Source: Amoebidium appalachense
Taxonomy: Eukaryota > Protista > Ichthyosporea
Assembly (NCBI GenBank): GCA_963693365.1
Contig: CAVNZM010000014.1
Location: forward strand, 2,294,001 to 2,358,000
Length of the DNA: 64,000 bases
Direction of reading: 5' to 3'
The notes beneath the pieces were generated by a model that ran no database searches, had not been told where the DNA came from, and saw only the letters and a program-made list of their open reading frames with translations. Position numbers and translations under genes: made by a program. This document shows, in pieces, positions 1 through 22,436 of the stretch (positions are counted from its first letter, which is position 1; every line of letters starts with the position of its first letter).

Positions 1-60
1 AGGGGGAAGGACGGGGGCAGGGGCGAGGGTGGGGCTCAGTGTGTGTGTGTGTGTCTGCGT

Positions 61-92
<32 letters not shown>

Positions 93-155
93 CGGAGTAG
101 GAACCGTTGAAGGGCTATAGAACCTGTTGAAAGGCAAGCGTGGGCCGGGGAAAGG

Positions 156-193
<38 letters not shown>

Positions 194-496
194 GGAATGC
201 AGCTCAATGGTCTTTCTTCTGTTTGCTACGTTATATGGAGTGGAAGTGGGTTTGGGAGGGGTGACCAGGGGAGGAGGGAGGAGACCAAGGTTTATTCTTA
301 GAAGGGACATACGCTGAACAGTTATGCTTGATGCTGTGCCTCGGGCTAACCGGTGCGTGTTTGTACTGTAACTACATGTGTGCACGTTAACATGGGGGGG
401 GGGGGGGGGGGGGGGGGGAGGGGGGGAGGGGGAGGGGGGGGGGGGGGGGGGGGGGGGGAGGGGAGGGGGAGGGGGGAGGGGAGGGGGGGAGGGAAA

Positions 497-530
<34 letters not shown>

Positions 531-642
531 CGAGCATGATGGTGCTTTTTGTGGTGGTGGTATTAAATTAAATATTTAGCGTGTGTCTATTTGTCGACCT
601 CTCCATTTTTTTAATTTTTATTTTATTTATTTGTTTGTTTAG

Positions 643-1069
643 AGCAGAACCGCCATTTTCGACCATATGCACGATATGCCACACACAGTATAGACCGTGT
701 AAACCAATACAGTATGGTGGAGGAATTTATTAGAATGTGGTATGAGTATGCCTAACCCTAGATATTTGATTCAAAACACTCCATAATTCACCATGCACGT
801 GCACCAACCTTCCTCACACACCAACCTGTGAGGAAGGCGGCGCGGAGGGAGAGAGATAGGGAGGGAGAGAGAGAGTGTGTGTATTTAAAGGTTTTCCCTT
901 TTGGGGGGGGGAAGGGGGGGGGGGGGGGGGGGGAAGGGGGGATGTGGGAAAGTTTGTTATGGCTTCTCTTTGAGGGGATTAGATGGAGGGAGTTGGAGAG
1001 GCACCAGTGGGGTTGGTTTTTTTTTGTTTTCTTTTTTCTTTTTTTTTTTTGTTTGTTTGTTTGTTTGTT

Positions 1070-1124
<55 letters not shown>

Positions 1125-1261
1125 GACCGTCGTTGGTTCTCGCTCAACCTTAGACTGCTAGAATGTTGTTTTGCTGGGAGGGTGGATGTGTTGGGCCGTG
1201 GGTGGTCATAATAGGTCGGTAGGGGTGGGGGAGGTGTGGGTGCTTGTGGTTGTTGTGGGGA

Positions 1262-1305
<44 letters not shown>

Positions 1306-1422
1306 GCTATGATGATTATCAGTACCGGTAAAGAGGATGGAGGTTTGGGATGAAAGGAAGGGCGTGAGGGTGGCAGTGGTGTTGGGTATTGGTTGTGTGT
1401 GCATGTGTTTGGGGGGAGAGAT

Positions 1423-1455
<33 letters not shown>

Positions 1456-1456
1456 A

Positions 1457-1489
<33 letters not shown>

Positions 1490-1892
1490 CCTTCTCTCTT
1501 CATAACTGATCATTTTTATTATACGTCACACAGAAAACCTGCCGCATCTGGGGTGGGACCCAGAGTTCTTTGCAGCCGGTGTAGCCATTTGTGTGGTGCA
1601 AATTGTCATCGGGCGATTCATATATGTTGCTGTGACAGAACAAGACGAACCGGAAGACTTGCAAGAAAAACAAGAAAGGGAAAAGGTTGTAATGAGCAAC
1701 GAGAAGGGTGGAACAGAGGATGTACACACTGAGGAAAACGGGGTTGAAGGCAAGGAGGAAGAGGTTGAAAAGGTGAAAGGGGACGGTGAGTTGGAGAGCA
1801 ACGGACAAACGGTGGATTCAAAGCCTAAAGAACAAGAAGTAGGGGAGGTGTCTGCGGCGAGGGTAAGAGATGTGGAAAAGAAAACACAATAG
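643..1892 (+). CDS. 3' part of a multi-exon membrane-protein gene starting upstream of the window; possibly a RING-CH/MARCH-type E3 ligase
   Basis: Terminal exon 1534-1892 follows cacag and encodes a hydrophobic segment (FFAAGVAICVVQIVIGRFIYVAV) and an acidic/Lys-rich tail ending in TAG. A putative exon from 643 encodes ICTICHTQY, like the last CxxC..Y of RING-CH. Its donor and frame are uncertain. Confidence 0.45.
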
Positions 1893-2586
1893 GTTTGTTT
1901 ACGCAACAAGAGGTTTTTTTTTTTTTGTTTTTTTTTTTGTGGCCAAAGGGTCTGCTGGTACAGACCGTGGCTTTTCGTCGATAATGATGCCATAATTCAC
2001 ACCAATATATTACGGCATTATACAGCGAATTTGTTGATATGACATGTTGCACGACATGTTACAACCTGCTTTCTCGTGATGAACAATTACTGATTAAAAC
2101 GTATGTACCCTATGTCACCGTGATCCTCCTAACACATGTGGGTTTTAATAAAATTATCTGATGCCAATGAAGTATCTATTATAGCCATGGCCTAAGGCTG
2201 TTGAATATAAGGCGACATGGGCTCGCGATCGCAGACACCTTTTGCAATTGTCTCAAGTTATTTGCAAAATTCTCCCTCCTCTAGATCCAGCTCACATGTT
2301 TGCAATCTCCATCCCGGCCCTCCCCCCCCCCCCCCCCCTCCCCCCACCCACCCACCCCTCCCCCACTTCCCCCACCCACCCACAGTGACCCACCCGGCAC
2401 CCACCCATTCGAATGACCCACGCGCACGTGTGTTCACCCCCCTTACTATATATAACCACTACTTTACGAATTCGAATCCACATAAGCATCCATAATCCTC
2501 ACAACATGAACTCTGAATGACGACACATGGGCATGTGCTTCACAGTGTGCCTGGCAGTGCCCCATATCGATACTCGTGTAACCGTT

Positions 2587-2617
<31 letters not shown>

Positions 2618-2796
2618 TGTGTGTGTGTGTGTGTGTGTGTCACGTTGTGTGTGCGCGTGTATTTGTGTGCGTGTACGTGTGCAAGTGCAAGTGCATGTGT
2701 GTGTGTGCGTGTGTGCAAGTGCATTTGTGTGTGTGCGTGTGTGCAAGTGCCTGTGCTTGCTTCTGTAAGTGTGTTTGTGTGTGTGTGTGTGTGTGT

Positions 2797-2855
<59 letters not shown>

Positions 2856-3315
2856 ACACCCCAAAAAAAACACCACCACTACCACCACCACCACCAAAAC
2901 GACGCACAAAGTATGCAAGAGAAGTAATATGTATATGAAAGTCCCTCCGCAGGAAGAGGGGGGGCTGGAGGTTAAGGATACTTGGTAATTTAATTTGGTT
3001 GATGCCGTCCAAGATATCTTGTACATCATAATCCAGACTAATAACGTGAAATTATCATACGACCGGATTGAGCAAAGGGCGAAGACAAAAAGACAACCAA
3101 CCAACCAGATAATTTGTAGGACGACGCGAGGGTGGGGAAGGAGAGGGGGGGAGGGGGGGGGGGGGGGGGGGTTGGCCCGAAGACCACTATGTGTATTTAT
3201 GTCCTTGAGTATGAATATGTCATTTCGTTTAAAGGCATCGCTACCTAAAAGGTTACACTCCATAAGCAAAGTTCTACCACATGTATTACAAAATATCCAA
3301 CTGCACTCAAGTCAA

Positions 3316-3987
3316 CTATCGGCCGAATTTCAAGTAGATTATAGCAGCAATGGCCAGAACAGCAAACACCATTATCCCGTACATAATAAGCTTATTCTGC
3401 CAGATTCTCCGCGCCATGGAATTGGCAACCCTCATGCTCTTGCGCAAGTTCGAATCTGTCTCGCGCAGTGTCTCTTTTGCTCGTACAATAGTGTCTCTCT
3501 GGTTGGCCAAATTCTCCATGACACCGATCCCGATCTCCTGGATTTCCAATGTTTGCCTCTCTGCCTCCTCAATCCTCCTACCCGTTTGGTGTAATCTCTC
3601 CGTGTTTCGCAACAGCAGCTGCCTCTGGTCGCTTCCTGTCAAATCGTCCAGGTCCATATTCTGAACATCGATAAGCTCCTCTCTGTTTGCCTCCGTGAAG
3701 GCAACGGCAGCTTTTCTCAGCTCCTTTTCCAGGTTGCTAACTTCAGCCCTGTAGGCGTCGACTCGTCGCAGCAGCTTTGCCTTTACGTCCTTTGATGATT
3801 GCTCCCTCGCCTCAAACTCCATTTGATCAACCACTTCGTTGATTTCGGATAGTTTTGCTTGGCACTCCTGGACTGCCTTGGACTTCTGGGGCCCCTGTGT
3901 CTTCTTCACTTTGGAGCCGATTATAGCGGTGACGGCAGCCGAGAGCTCGGCAAATGCCTGTGCATGCTCTTCAAACATGTCTGTCAT
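3316..3987 (-). CDS. VTI1: Qb-SNARE Vti1 (vesicle transport through interaction with t-SNAREs), single exon, 223 aa
   Basis: Helical N-terminal Habc domain (QMEFEAR..K..LLRRVDAYRAEV), SNARE motif (QRQLLLRNTERL..TLEIQEIGIGVMENLANQRDTI..A.ETL..TD.NL.KS..V..SM.RR) and a C-terminal TM anchor. Confidence 0.93.
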   Translation of the reverse strand: MTDMFEEHAQAFAELSAAVTAIIGSKVKKTQGPQKSKAVQECQAKLSEINEVVDQMEFEAREQSSKDVKAKLLRRVDAYRAEVSNLEKELRKAAVAFTEANREELIDVQNMDLDDLTGSDQRQLLLRNTERLHQTGRRIEEAERQTLEIQEIGIGVMENLANQRDTIVRAKETLRETDSNLRKSMRVANSMARRIWQNKLIMYGIMVFAVLAIAAIIYLKFGR

Positions 3988-4231
3988 TTTAGCTGTTGGT
4001 TCGCTCCCCGCGTAGAGACTCGTTGATGAGTAAAAGTTGGGTTTGTGGGGAGTTGAGCTACGGGGTTGGAGGTAGGAGAACAGAAGCGTGAAGCATCAAA
4101 CAACTTCTTTTACTGCAAACAAACAGAAGTGATAAATTACGACGTTGCGTGTGTTATCCCTCGATACAGGCTTAGCGACCTGAATCCTGGCCTGTTGTGC
4201 TCCACACGTTGTTGGGCAACCAGGTTTTTAA

Positions 4232-4264
<33 letters not shown>

Positions 4265-5369
4265 GGTTTGAATCTGATTATGCAGATCGTCGATCATGGG
4301 AAAGAATTTTTCAGGTGTGCAATTAAATTAGAAAAAGTTATAAACCATAACACATCAAATAGACACATATGTTAACCCAATAGTTAATCCCTAAACACAA
4401 ATTTCTATCAACAAGTTACTCTCGAACTCATTAGGCATGTTTTTTCGTTATCTGTTCCAAACGTTTTCTGGTCTGGTGGGAAGCTTTTTGTATCCGGGCC
4501 AACCGGGCGGTGTGTACTATTTTTAGACGCTTACGTCATTCTGCTCATGACGTCATCATTTTGAGCCCCATCGCACCCGCGCGCGGGACTTTCAAAACGC
4601 TGCACCGACAGACAGACAGAACGAGAGAAAGAACTTGTAACGGCCGGGTGAAATAAGGGGCCCATGCATTTCCAAGTTTCTTCAGCAGATGGCTCTTTAG
4701 ATTTCAGGAGTTTAGGAAACCTGGGGGCAGTTGTGTTATAGTATTTTAGATCTGCTGGGTTGGAATGAAAAGGCATTTCTGCGGGTGCTGTCACATTAGG
4801 CTTGTTTAGCACAAGCATTGGGGGTCTTTTTGCCCCCCTCCTCAGGTTTACGCAGGTTTTTGTTTAGCTGAGAGATGTAAAGCTGAACTGACACACAAAT
4901 TGGCAACGCTTAGAACATGCTGAAGCATCCGCTGAGGTTTTCCCGTTGTTCGTTCATCATTGGCGCGGGATCAGGATCACGAAGATCCTTTTCAGATCTC
5001 GCGCATTTCCAAGAAGCTGGGTCACGAAGTTTTTCATACAAACACAACAAGGGATTACATTTTCGCTGCCTTTTCAGCCTTTTTATCCCACCGTGACTTC
5101 ACAACCTCTCAACCTTTACGCGCCACAACTTGGAGGTTCAGCCTTCCCAGCGCCTACCTACAAAATGGTACATCCAATCCTTCCACCTATAAGCTGATAC
5201 AACTCGCCCTTTACTGTGTTACAGCCCAGCACATCACTTATTTGCAACTAGGAGCTCCATCACACGCGCCCTTTGATATAGCCGACCTGTTTTACGGAAT
5301 CACTTTCTGCTATGTCGCTATCCGGTACTTGCTTCAATGGGTTAATGAAAAGGACAATCTCGCTCGTCT

Positions 5370-5453
<84 letters not shown>

Positions 5454-5721
5454 CCGTATTCCACGACCCTTAATTCCTTTTATCCCATTCCATCCCTTAC
5501 TTCCCATTTTCCACATGATCTCTCACTTGTCTCGATTAAAGTTCATCTTGCTGAGTTGCCTGCTGCCAAAGCCTTGTGCCATCTTTTCCCTCTAACGTAC
5601 CTTTCCTTTCTCTTCCTATCCCCCCCCCCCCCCCCCCAACCCCCCGCCGCGCTCTCTCTGCACAACATACCACAAGGTTATCTAAACTAGAAACGTGCAA
5701 ACGTTCACACACACACACATG

Positions 5722-13739
<8,018 letters not shown>

Positions 13740-14602
13740 ATATAGATATATATAGTGCATCCTTCCCCCTCCTCCCCCCCCCCCCCTCCCTCCCTCCCCC
13801 CCCTCCCTCGGAGTCCGTTTTTTTCCTAATTTTTCTCCAATATTTGTAACGACGCGCGTATTTACACACAGCCTGCCCCCCCCCCCCTTCCCCCCTCCCT
13901 CTCCCCACCACCACCACCACCACCAGGCTGGTGTGTGTCTGTGCACATGCGTGTGCGTGCGTGTGTGCGTGCGTGCGTGCATGTATTTGCCACCACACGC
14001 GTCAGGTATGCCCCTCTTTTCATCAATAGCGATTGTTCAGATTTAGGTGCCCTAATACCGCGGCGGTCGCCAGCAGTATTCGTGCAACAACACGTTTAGA
14101 GCAGTGTGGGTCGCTGTACATTCGAGTCGGTGTTTTACCTTTTTGGCAGCCTTACAGCAACCTTTTTCAGGATTCGGTAAGCCTGGTTCGTGTGTGTTTG
14201 GATCCCTTTATAGCGAATGAATGAATGATACACGATGTAGTTGATCGCTTTTAATTACAAATAGAAGAGCAGCGTAGCTAATCTATCGATGTATGTGTAA
14301 TAATCATCCGGGCTTGCTGGCTTGCCCGACATAAAAATAAATACTGTTTTCCTTTCCATGATTTGCATTGGGACATTCTGCCAGGGAGTCTAGTTCGAGG
14401 GGTTGGTCTGGCACGTACTGACTGTGCCCTCTAGCCTATGTACGACAAATCGACGCTGGCTATTTTTCAAGGGCAGGTGAGTCACGTGATCAGCCGCTCT
14501 CCGGGTCGTCCGCGTCCCCTTGCAATTGAAAAATAAGAGCTACCTCAGAAGGTCAGGGGGTTGATGGGTGGGGTTGAAAAGTTTTACCCTAACCCTTTTT
14601 TT

Positions 14603-14636
<34 letters not shown>

Positions 14637-15287
14637 TGGTAATTTCTAGGGGGTAGAATCTGGTGGTAAAAAATTGGGTTTTCCCCGTCCTGCAGGGGGG
14701 GGGGGGGGGACATAGGTGTTTGCGCAAACACCTTGGTGCGCGCCGAGCCAGTCAAAAGGCTCCCGACCGTTGGAATGTCATGTAGGACTTATATCAACCA
14801 ATAGTATTAGCGTAGAATAGACTAAATGTGGTTAGTTTTAGAATGCGTTCTAAACCAATGGTATTAGACATTGGAATAGTCATATATGGTAGATTTGCGT
14901 AGGATCCCGATCACCTTAGAGTAGGCTCTTCAGATTCTAGATATATTCGGGAAAGCTTCTATATTAGGATATGATAGCCAAGACAGGTCGATAAATAGGT
15001 TAGATAGACCCCGTCATTATTGGAAATTGGAATGTTTGGTATTTGGAGGATCATTCTGTTCATTTGAATCATTTCCGTCACGAGCTCTTGTATGGACGTG
15101 CTGTAGCCTGTTGGCATTGTAAAATGCCAGTACATTTTTGAAAGCTAAACTAAACTTTTGATTTTGATGCAAAGTTGTCTGCTTGAGGAAACGCAATACA
15201 GCCTTGCTTTCATTCTGTGTCGTTGCTTTCTGGTTAGCGTTGTGCATGATTCGCGGCTTGTGTCGAAAAACTTCAAGGCTCAGTAAG

Positions 15288-15610
15288 ATGGCACGCATGA
15301 AGACAACCTTCCCCCCTGCTGCTGAAGGGGCCGCAGACAAGAAGCTAAAGAGTAAGCCAAGCATTCCCGGGCATGTTGAAAGGCACGCTTTTTGTGGACT
15401 TTCCCATTCTTTTCATAGTTTCTGTGCTAAGCGTGTGTCTGGGCGATTCGTGCGTGTTTGTTTTCTGTGTACATGCAGGGAGGGCTACCACCATGCTGCC
15501 GGGGTTGCTTGGCAATAGAGGTTTTTTGTATGCGTGTGTGTTGGTGGTGGTAGTAGTTTTGTTGGGGGGGGCGGGTTCGGTAGGAGGTTGGGGAGGTCCG
15601 TCCTTTATAT

Positions 15611-15685
<75 letters not shown>

Positions 15686-16609
15686 TTTTATTTATTTATT
15701 TTTTTTTTTTTTTTTTTTTGGGGGGGCGGGGGAGGGGGAGAGGGGGGATGCAGGAAGCAGGGAGGGAAAACGGTGGTCGGGGAGGAAGGGGGAGGGGGGG
15801 GGGGGGGTGGGGGGGGGGGGGTGGATTCGCACAGGCATTTGTGCACCCAAGTGGCTGTGTATGCCATGGCGCTTTCATGTTGGTGAAAAGTTTTTGCTCG
15901 TCACCGTGCCTTTTAGAATCGTTGCCTGCTGATTGTGGCATGGTGATGAATTTTTACGATCTCTCTGTTAGATCACTAATACAAATGCGTTGTCATGAGT
16001 AGGAGGAACCTCCTGCACACGCGAGCATCAGCACAAGAAGAAACAGGATTGTGTGTGAACGTTACGAGTAGCTAATCAATATATAAAACCCCCTTGCCGA
16101 CTATGAGCAAGTGAGCTGGAGGTAGATCAATTGCATGAGCATGTGCACCCATCGCCGAACACACTCTGTTTGCACCAGGTGTACTGGTTATATCATGTGA
16201 AGACGCATGGCTTTTTTCAGAAGTACCGATTGCAATCACCATGCACTCGCTCCTGCGGTTGTGCAACTTATTTACCGGTTTTGGGCAGAGGGCACGCAGC
16301 TGAAGGAAAACAAGGGAAAACAAGAAGAGATTGGCAAGTCGGCCAAGGGGTAGGTATTGAAGTGGACATTTTTTTTTTTTTTTTTTGGGGGGGGGGGGGG
16401 CTTTCGATGTTTTTTGCCATTCTCATTCGAGCGCAGGACTCTTCACACATCGGCGCCTACGCACGCGCACTATAGGTACGAAGTTGAATGGCTCAGTCCT
16501 TTTTTCTTTTCTTTCCCCCCCGCCCCCCCCCTTCCCCCCTTTTCTTTCTGGGCCTCTTTTTCTTCATGTTTTCTTTTCTGCTGTTATTATTCCTTTTTTT
16601 TTGGCGGGG

Positions 16610-16644
<35 letters not shown>

Positions 16645-17253
16645 ATTTTTTCACACTAGCAAACACACCAACGGAGAAAAAAAGCTACGCTACAATAAAT
16701 GAATTGGTTGGATTCCCTCAAATGGAAAATGAAAATAAAAGAAGTAACCAAGCTACATTTCGTATATTTAAATCATTGAGTTTGGGTGATCCGTTTTCTT
16801 GATATGTGATTTTTTTTTTTTTTTATGTGAGCAAAACAAAATGGGAAAAAAAAAAAGAAAAAAAAAAAAAGAAAAAAAAATTTGAAAACGAAATTACCAG
16901 TCGTAATCCAGGTATTTGTTCTTTCGCGCTAACGCCCTGCCTGTTGCTAGCAGTAGCAGCAAAACAACCCACCCAACCCTCCCCAAACGAGACACCAAAG
17001 GCCACCTTATATTTCCCGACCACCCGGATTTTCGGCCCAACCTCAGTCCGGAGGAAATCATTCAGAGTGGGTCCTTTGGCGGCACTTATTTTAGGCCCAT
17101 TTACTCCTCAGTCACAAAGCAGGTAAGAAGTTCGCTCTTGTTACCCTCCCCCTCCCCCCCCCCCCCCCCTTTTTTTTTCTTTGGGGGGGGGGGGGGGGGG
17201 GGGGGGGGGTGCATATGAAGTTGAATGTGAGGTGTTGGTGGTGGTGGTATGTA

Positions 17254-17309
<56 letters not shown>

Positions 17310-17617
17310 GGTGAGGGGGGGGGGGGGGGGGGGGGGGAGGGACTTTAAGATTGGATGTGATGGAACCGTTTTACGGGTACAGAACATTATTTGCTGTTGT
17401 TAACCTAGGCATTTTTCTTATACTTTATTTATTACGTTGGCGGGGAGCCTCCGGGGGGGGGGAGGGGGGGGGCTGAGGATGGGGGGGGGGGGGGGGGGGG
17501 GGTATGTAGGGAGAAAGGGGAGAGAATATAATATTTGACGTGGTGAAGAGGTTGTGAAAGAAGTGCCTGGGAAGTCATGCAAGTAGTAGGATGTGGGGGA
17601 ATCTTTTTTTTTTTTTT

Positions 17618-17652
<35 letters not shown>

Positions 17653-18172
17653 GGGAGGGCGGGAGGGGTTGTTTGGGGTCAGGGTAACCGTTGTTGTTGC
17701 GTTGCCAGTGTTGTTTTTCCTGAGAGTGAGATGGGGGGTGTGTGTGTTGGGGGGGGGGGGGAGGGGGGACTTCGTTGTAAATGTGTTCTGTAAGAAAAGG
17801 TGGGGCTTTCCTTGTGTGCTCTTAACTCCTTATTCCTTCAATAACGTGATCAACCCCCCCCCCTCCCCCCCCCCCCCCGGGGTTCTTGTTCCCGCTTCCC
17901 CCCCCCCCCCCTCCCCCCGGTTCTTCCCTACGATACTTGTCTCATAAATCTTAACACAATTGGTGGCTTTCGCTAACATAACCATTTTTCCCTTTTTTTT
18001 TGAAAAACATTTTTAGCAACACAAGGGTGAATGGAAGGAATTCGAGCAGCACGGGTGGTTTAAGGGGGTGGACGTCAGTAAGATGGTGACGTCATCGACA
18101 TACCGCATAGACGTGAATAAGTACAAGGTATGTTTAACGGCTTCGTGCCCTTCCACCCCCCTTCCCCCCTCA

Positions 18173-18203
<31 letters not shown>

Positions 18204-18233
18204 GTTCACACACGAAACACACAAGATTTTACT

Positions 18234-18286
<53 letters not shown>

Positions 18287-18505
18287 CGGCACACACGTGC
18301 ACGGGCGCGTGCGCACACACACACACATACACTCACACACTCAAGCAGACGCACACACATGCTCGCGTACACGCAAAAAGACCACATCATCACTTTTTCA
18401 CTCACTGACAATGACCCACCTCACGCACACACACACGCACGCACACACACACACACACATGTGCGCGCGCGCGCTTGCGCGCGAACACGTACACGTACAC
18501 ACACA

Positions 18506-18542
<37 letters not shown>

Positions 18543-19146
18543 TCACACACTCACACACACACATCCTCTCTCACTCACTCACCCACCCACCCACTCACTC
18601 ACACTCGCACACACACAAACACACACACGTACACGTACACGTACACGTACACACGTACACACACACATACACAGGCCAAGTGCGGCCAAACTCTTGAATA
18701 CTGGCAGGAACATGGTTGGATTGTGGCCCAGGACCCCTACGGGTGGTTTCAGTGGTATTGCAGGTTCTATCTTGGAAGACGAACACCACACGACAAAAGG
18801 TGCGCGATTGTTGTCGATTGATCTTGAAAGTACATGATTCGATTAGTGTTTTTATGCGTAAAATGGGTGAAATGGGTGAATTGGGGGGTAACCTTAGGTC
18901 GCAAGAGTGGTGTCTGAATTTTCGGAGATTTGTTGGGTGTTGTTCTACACTGTGAGAAGAAATGACAGATCGTATGTGTACGTAATTTTTTCTTTTATGA
19001 GTTGATGCAGTAGTCAGTGAACTTGCACACGATATCTTATGCCGCTGTTCTCGTTTTTTGGAAGTGTTAAGGGTTTGTTTGTGTGATTGGTGGCGGTGGT
19101 GGTAATGTGTGTGTGTGTGTGTGGGTGTGGGTGGGTGTGTGGGTGT

Positions 19147-19195
<49 letters not shown>

Positions 19196-19209
19196 GGTGT
19201 GTGGGTGTG

Positions 19210-19286
<77 letters not shown>

Positions 19287-19801
19287 TGCTTGTGTGCACG
19301 GGTGTCTCCGTGCTTGTGTGTTTGTGTGTGTGTGTACGTGTGTGTGTGCGTGCGTGTGGACTTTTTCCCCACTTTCTTTTTTTTTTTTGTGGAGGGGGAG
19401 GGAGGGGGGAGGGGGGGCAGATAGAATTGCCAAGAAGCAAAGAAGAGATGCGAAGGAGGAAGGGGGAAAAAGGGGGAGGGGGGAGGGGGAGGGGGGAGGG
19501 GGGGGGGGGGGGGTCCAGCTAGGGGAGACTTTGCACCCATGTTTCCAGGCCTGATGTATTGCTCTTGCGTTGGGGCATTCGACTATAATGACCTGAACTG
19601 ATTGGACTAGAGCACGTACTGACTGGAAATGGTTTCCTTATTAGGCAAATTGCACGGTGGAAGGCCATCTGCGGGCTGACTGGAAGGTGGCGGAACAATC
19701 TAATCGCGAAATGTGTCAGGTGACCCCCTCCCCGCCCCCTCTTCCCCGCCCCCTCCCTCCCTCCCCCCCCCCCCCCCCCCCTCCCCCCGCACCCCTCCCG
19801 A

Positions 19802-19836
<35 letters not shown>

Positions 19837-20571
19837 AGACCCGGCTTGTACACCCGAGGAGTATACTATGCCACGGTGCCTGTGTGTAGGTATCATACAT
19901 GCATTTGAGGGACGTGGTACGATAGCAATATAATGATAATAAGTTGGCGATACAAAGAACTGAGTGATACAATGCTAAATAATAAGTAGTGGTAATGTGA
20001 TGCTTATGAGATTTATAATTGTCATAGTGTTTAGTTAACATGCTTCATATAACTAGTAGTAGTAATATGTAATGCTTATGTAATGAAATCAAGTGATGTT
20101 TATTGACATTAACATTTACTGTGGTGGTGATGAAGACGATAGTGGTAGAGATCCCTATAATGATGGTGCTTCATAGTAGATAACTAACATAAAAACAATG
20201 GAAAGAAAAAAGAAATACTCAGAAAAGAAAGAGGGGAAGGAAAGTTTTTTTTTTTTTTTTTTTAAAAGACAAGAGAGGAAGACACATGATACACAAGCAT
20301 CTCCACCCGAACTAAACATATCGTTTCCACATCCTTTCAACTTCGGATTTCCTCTCGGATATTTGGAGAACGAAGACCAACTAACCTCGCTTCTGGTTAT
20401 ATTTTCGATCATATTTTTGATTTACGCCTGGCCACACACACATTAGGCACCTTTGACAACACATGTGTTCACAGCACTAATCATTACAATTACTTAAAAC
20501 GTGGTTGCACACACATACACACCATGTGCATTTTCACACTGCACATCAACACACAGGGGCAGGCGCCTGAT

Positions 20572-20608
<37 letters not shown>

Positions 20609-20611
20609 ACT

Positions 20612-20642
<31 letters not shown>

Positions 20643-21398
20643 ACACGTACAGGGCACACCGGCCCTACGATGATGTATCTGTCTCCCCAGCCGTTCGTCA
20701 AACACTCCAACACTGGGGGTATCGACTAGACAGTGTAGATTTCGAAGCATACGCAAAAAAGGTGATTACACCGTCCTGCATCCCTCTCGCCCCCTTTTTT
20801 TTTCCGGATACTTCTATACAGAGACAGACACACACAGACACATGCGCACAGTGACACATCTATCAAGGCTATATGTGGCGGCTTGATCAAGCATCCACAG
20901 CCAACAGTCCCATAATTGAGCTTATATTGGTTCGGTTGTAACGGACCGGGTGTTTGTCTGTCCGGACCGGATAGTTGCAGCACCATGACATGACCATCAT
21001 CGTATTTTACCATTGATATTTTTGCCACCCCGGGGGGGGGGGGGGGGGGGGGGGGTTTGGCCCGGGGGGGGGGGGGGGGGGCTTGCGCTCTGGGGAGGGA
21101 GGGAGGGGGGTCCTTGGTGGGGATAGGAGGGGTTTGGGGGGCAGGGGGGGAAGGGGGGGGGAGTGAACTGGCGGGTGTGCAAAATCGCGCAGTATGTTGG
21201 CCTCACTTCGTGTGTCCCGAAAACTGATCATATTCTGTTTCTTGTTTGCAGGTGCGGGCAGGAGCAAAGACAGCGTTCATTTCGGAGCCAGTGGCTTTGA
21301 GCCAATCAAATGCGGAGGAGAAGGAAGCAGCCAATAAGAGGGCGGCTGATGCGGCGCAGGCGAGGGGGGACAGGGCCAAGCGGGGACGAGGGGATTGA
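15288..21398 (+). CDS. Conserved uncharacterised W/R-rich protein ([18 protein letters not shown] family), about 287 aa
   Basis: Phase-consistent exons 15288-15351, 16289-16349, 16951-17122, 18017-18127, 18675-18799, 19645-19719, 20653-20761 and 21252-21398. Motifs: [76 protein letters not shown]. Confidence 0.88.
15607..15700. repeat. (TATT)n microsatellite
   Basis: Direct reading. Confidence 0.9.
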
Positions 21399-22259
21399 TA
21401 GGTGGATCTGCGGCTTTGTGAGTGTTAGCACATAGAAAGACCCAAGACCTGCAGTTGTTTTTAGAAAAGAAGAAGAGGGGGTTTCTTTTAGCCCGATTAA
21501 TAGGGCCACATTCCAGCACATCCGGTCAAGCCATATTAATCAAAATTTCGAACCGCAATCCTGTTCCTAGCGCTTGGTTATTCTTATTCCCGTTTTCTTT
21601 CTTTTTTGTCTTTTGTCTTTTTTATTTGAGTGTGTTACGGCACATCTGTGCCTTGCTGCCGGCAAACCTTGTCTGTTACCGGGACCGACTCTGATGGGCA
21701 GCAGGCCAATCACATAGCTAGAAATCCTTCTGACTCGACCCGACCCGGAATGCTTAAAGAACCCCCTTTAATGCTGCTTTAAGGCTTCTTTTTTGGTGCC
21801 CTCTCGATCTCCCTCTCTCCCCCCCCTTTTTTTTGGCGACTATCTTCTTTTGAACTATATACGTATATCTCTCTTATGTCACTTACGTTGTAGGGGAAGG
21901 ACTGGATAGGGAAATGGAGGAGGATGAAAGAGGGGCGGCAAGGCTACAAAACCATAATAGGGAAATGTAATTATCATGCGAGATTTTATTAACTGGGTCA
22001 AATAACATAGCTGAGTCAGAGCTGAAATAGGCATGTGTTGCGGCTGGGAGCCAATTGCATGTTAGGTTTTTCCCAGGTCAGGTATCGGATATATGGGAAC
22101 TTGATGTGATACCTTGTTAACATACTCTTTGCATGAAGGATGGCTTTGCTTTCCCCACGGATTTTGATGTCCGTATACTATCTCTACTTCATAGACTAAC
22201 CCAGTCTATGTAAACAAGATCTGCTATCGGAATCGAAAGGGTTTGATCGAGATCCGAAA

Positions 22260-22262
22260 CAC

Positions 22263-22320
<58 letters not shown>

Positions 22321-22346
22321 GCGCGCGCGCACACACACACACACTA

Positions 22347-22434
<88 letters not shown>
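22260..22434. repeat. Compound (CA)n-(CG)n-(TA)n microsatellite
   Basis: Direct reading. Confidence 0.9.

Positions 22435-22436
<2 letters not shown>

Noticed and set aside
4960-5595. 211-aa ORF as a separate gene
   Set aside because: TTG start, runs into a CA repeat and has no recognisable domain; more likely the 5' region or first intron of the MIT gene.
14461-14536. 10-bp inverted repeat tatttttcaa/ttgaaaaata around an E-box
   Set aside because: Too short and single copy to support an element or ncRNA.
21477-21766. Possible MITE with imperfect 15-16 bp inverted ends
   Set aside because: Single copy, imperfect ends and no clear target-site duplication.
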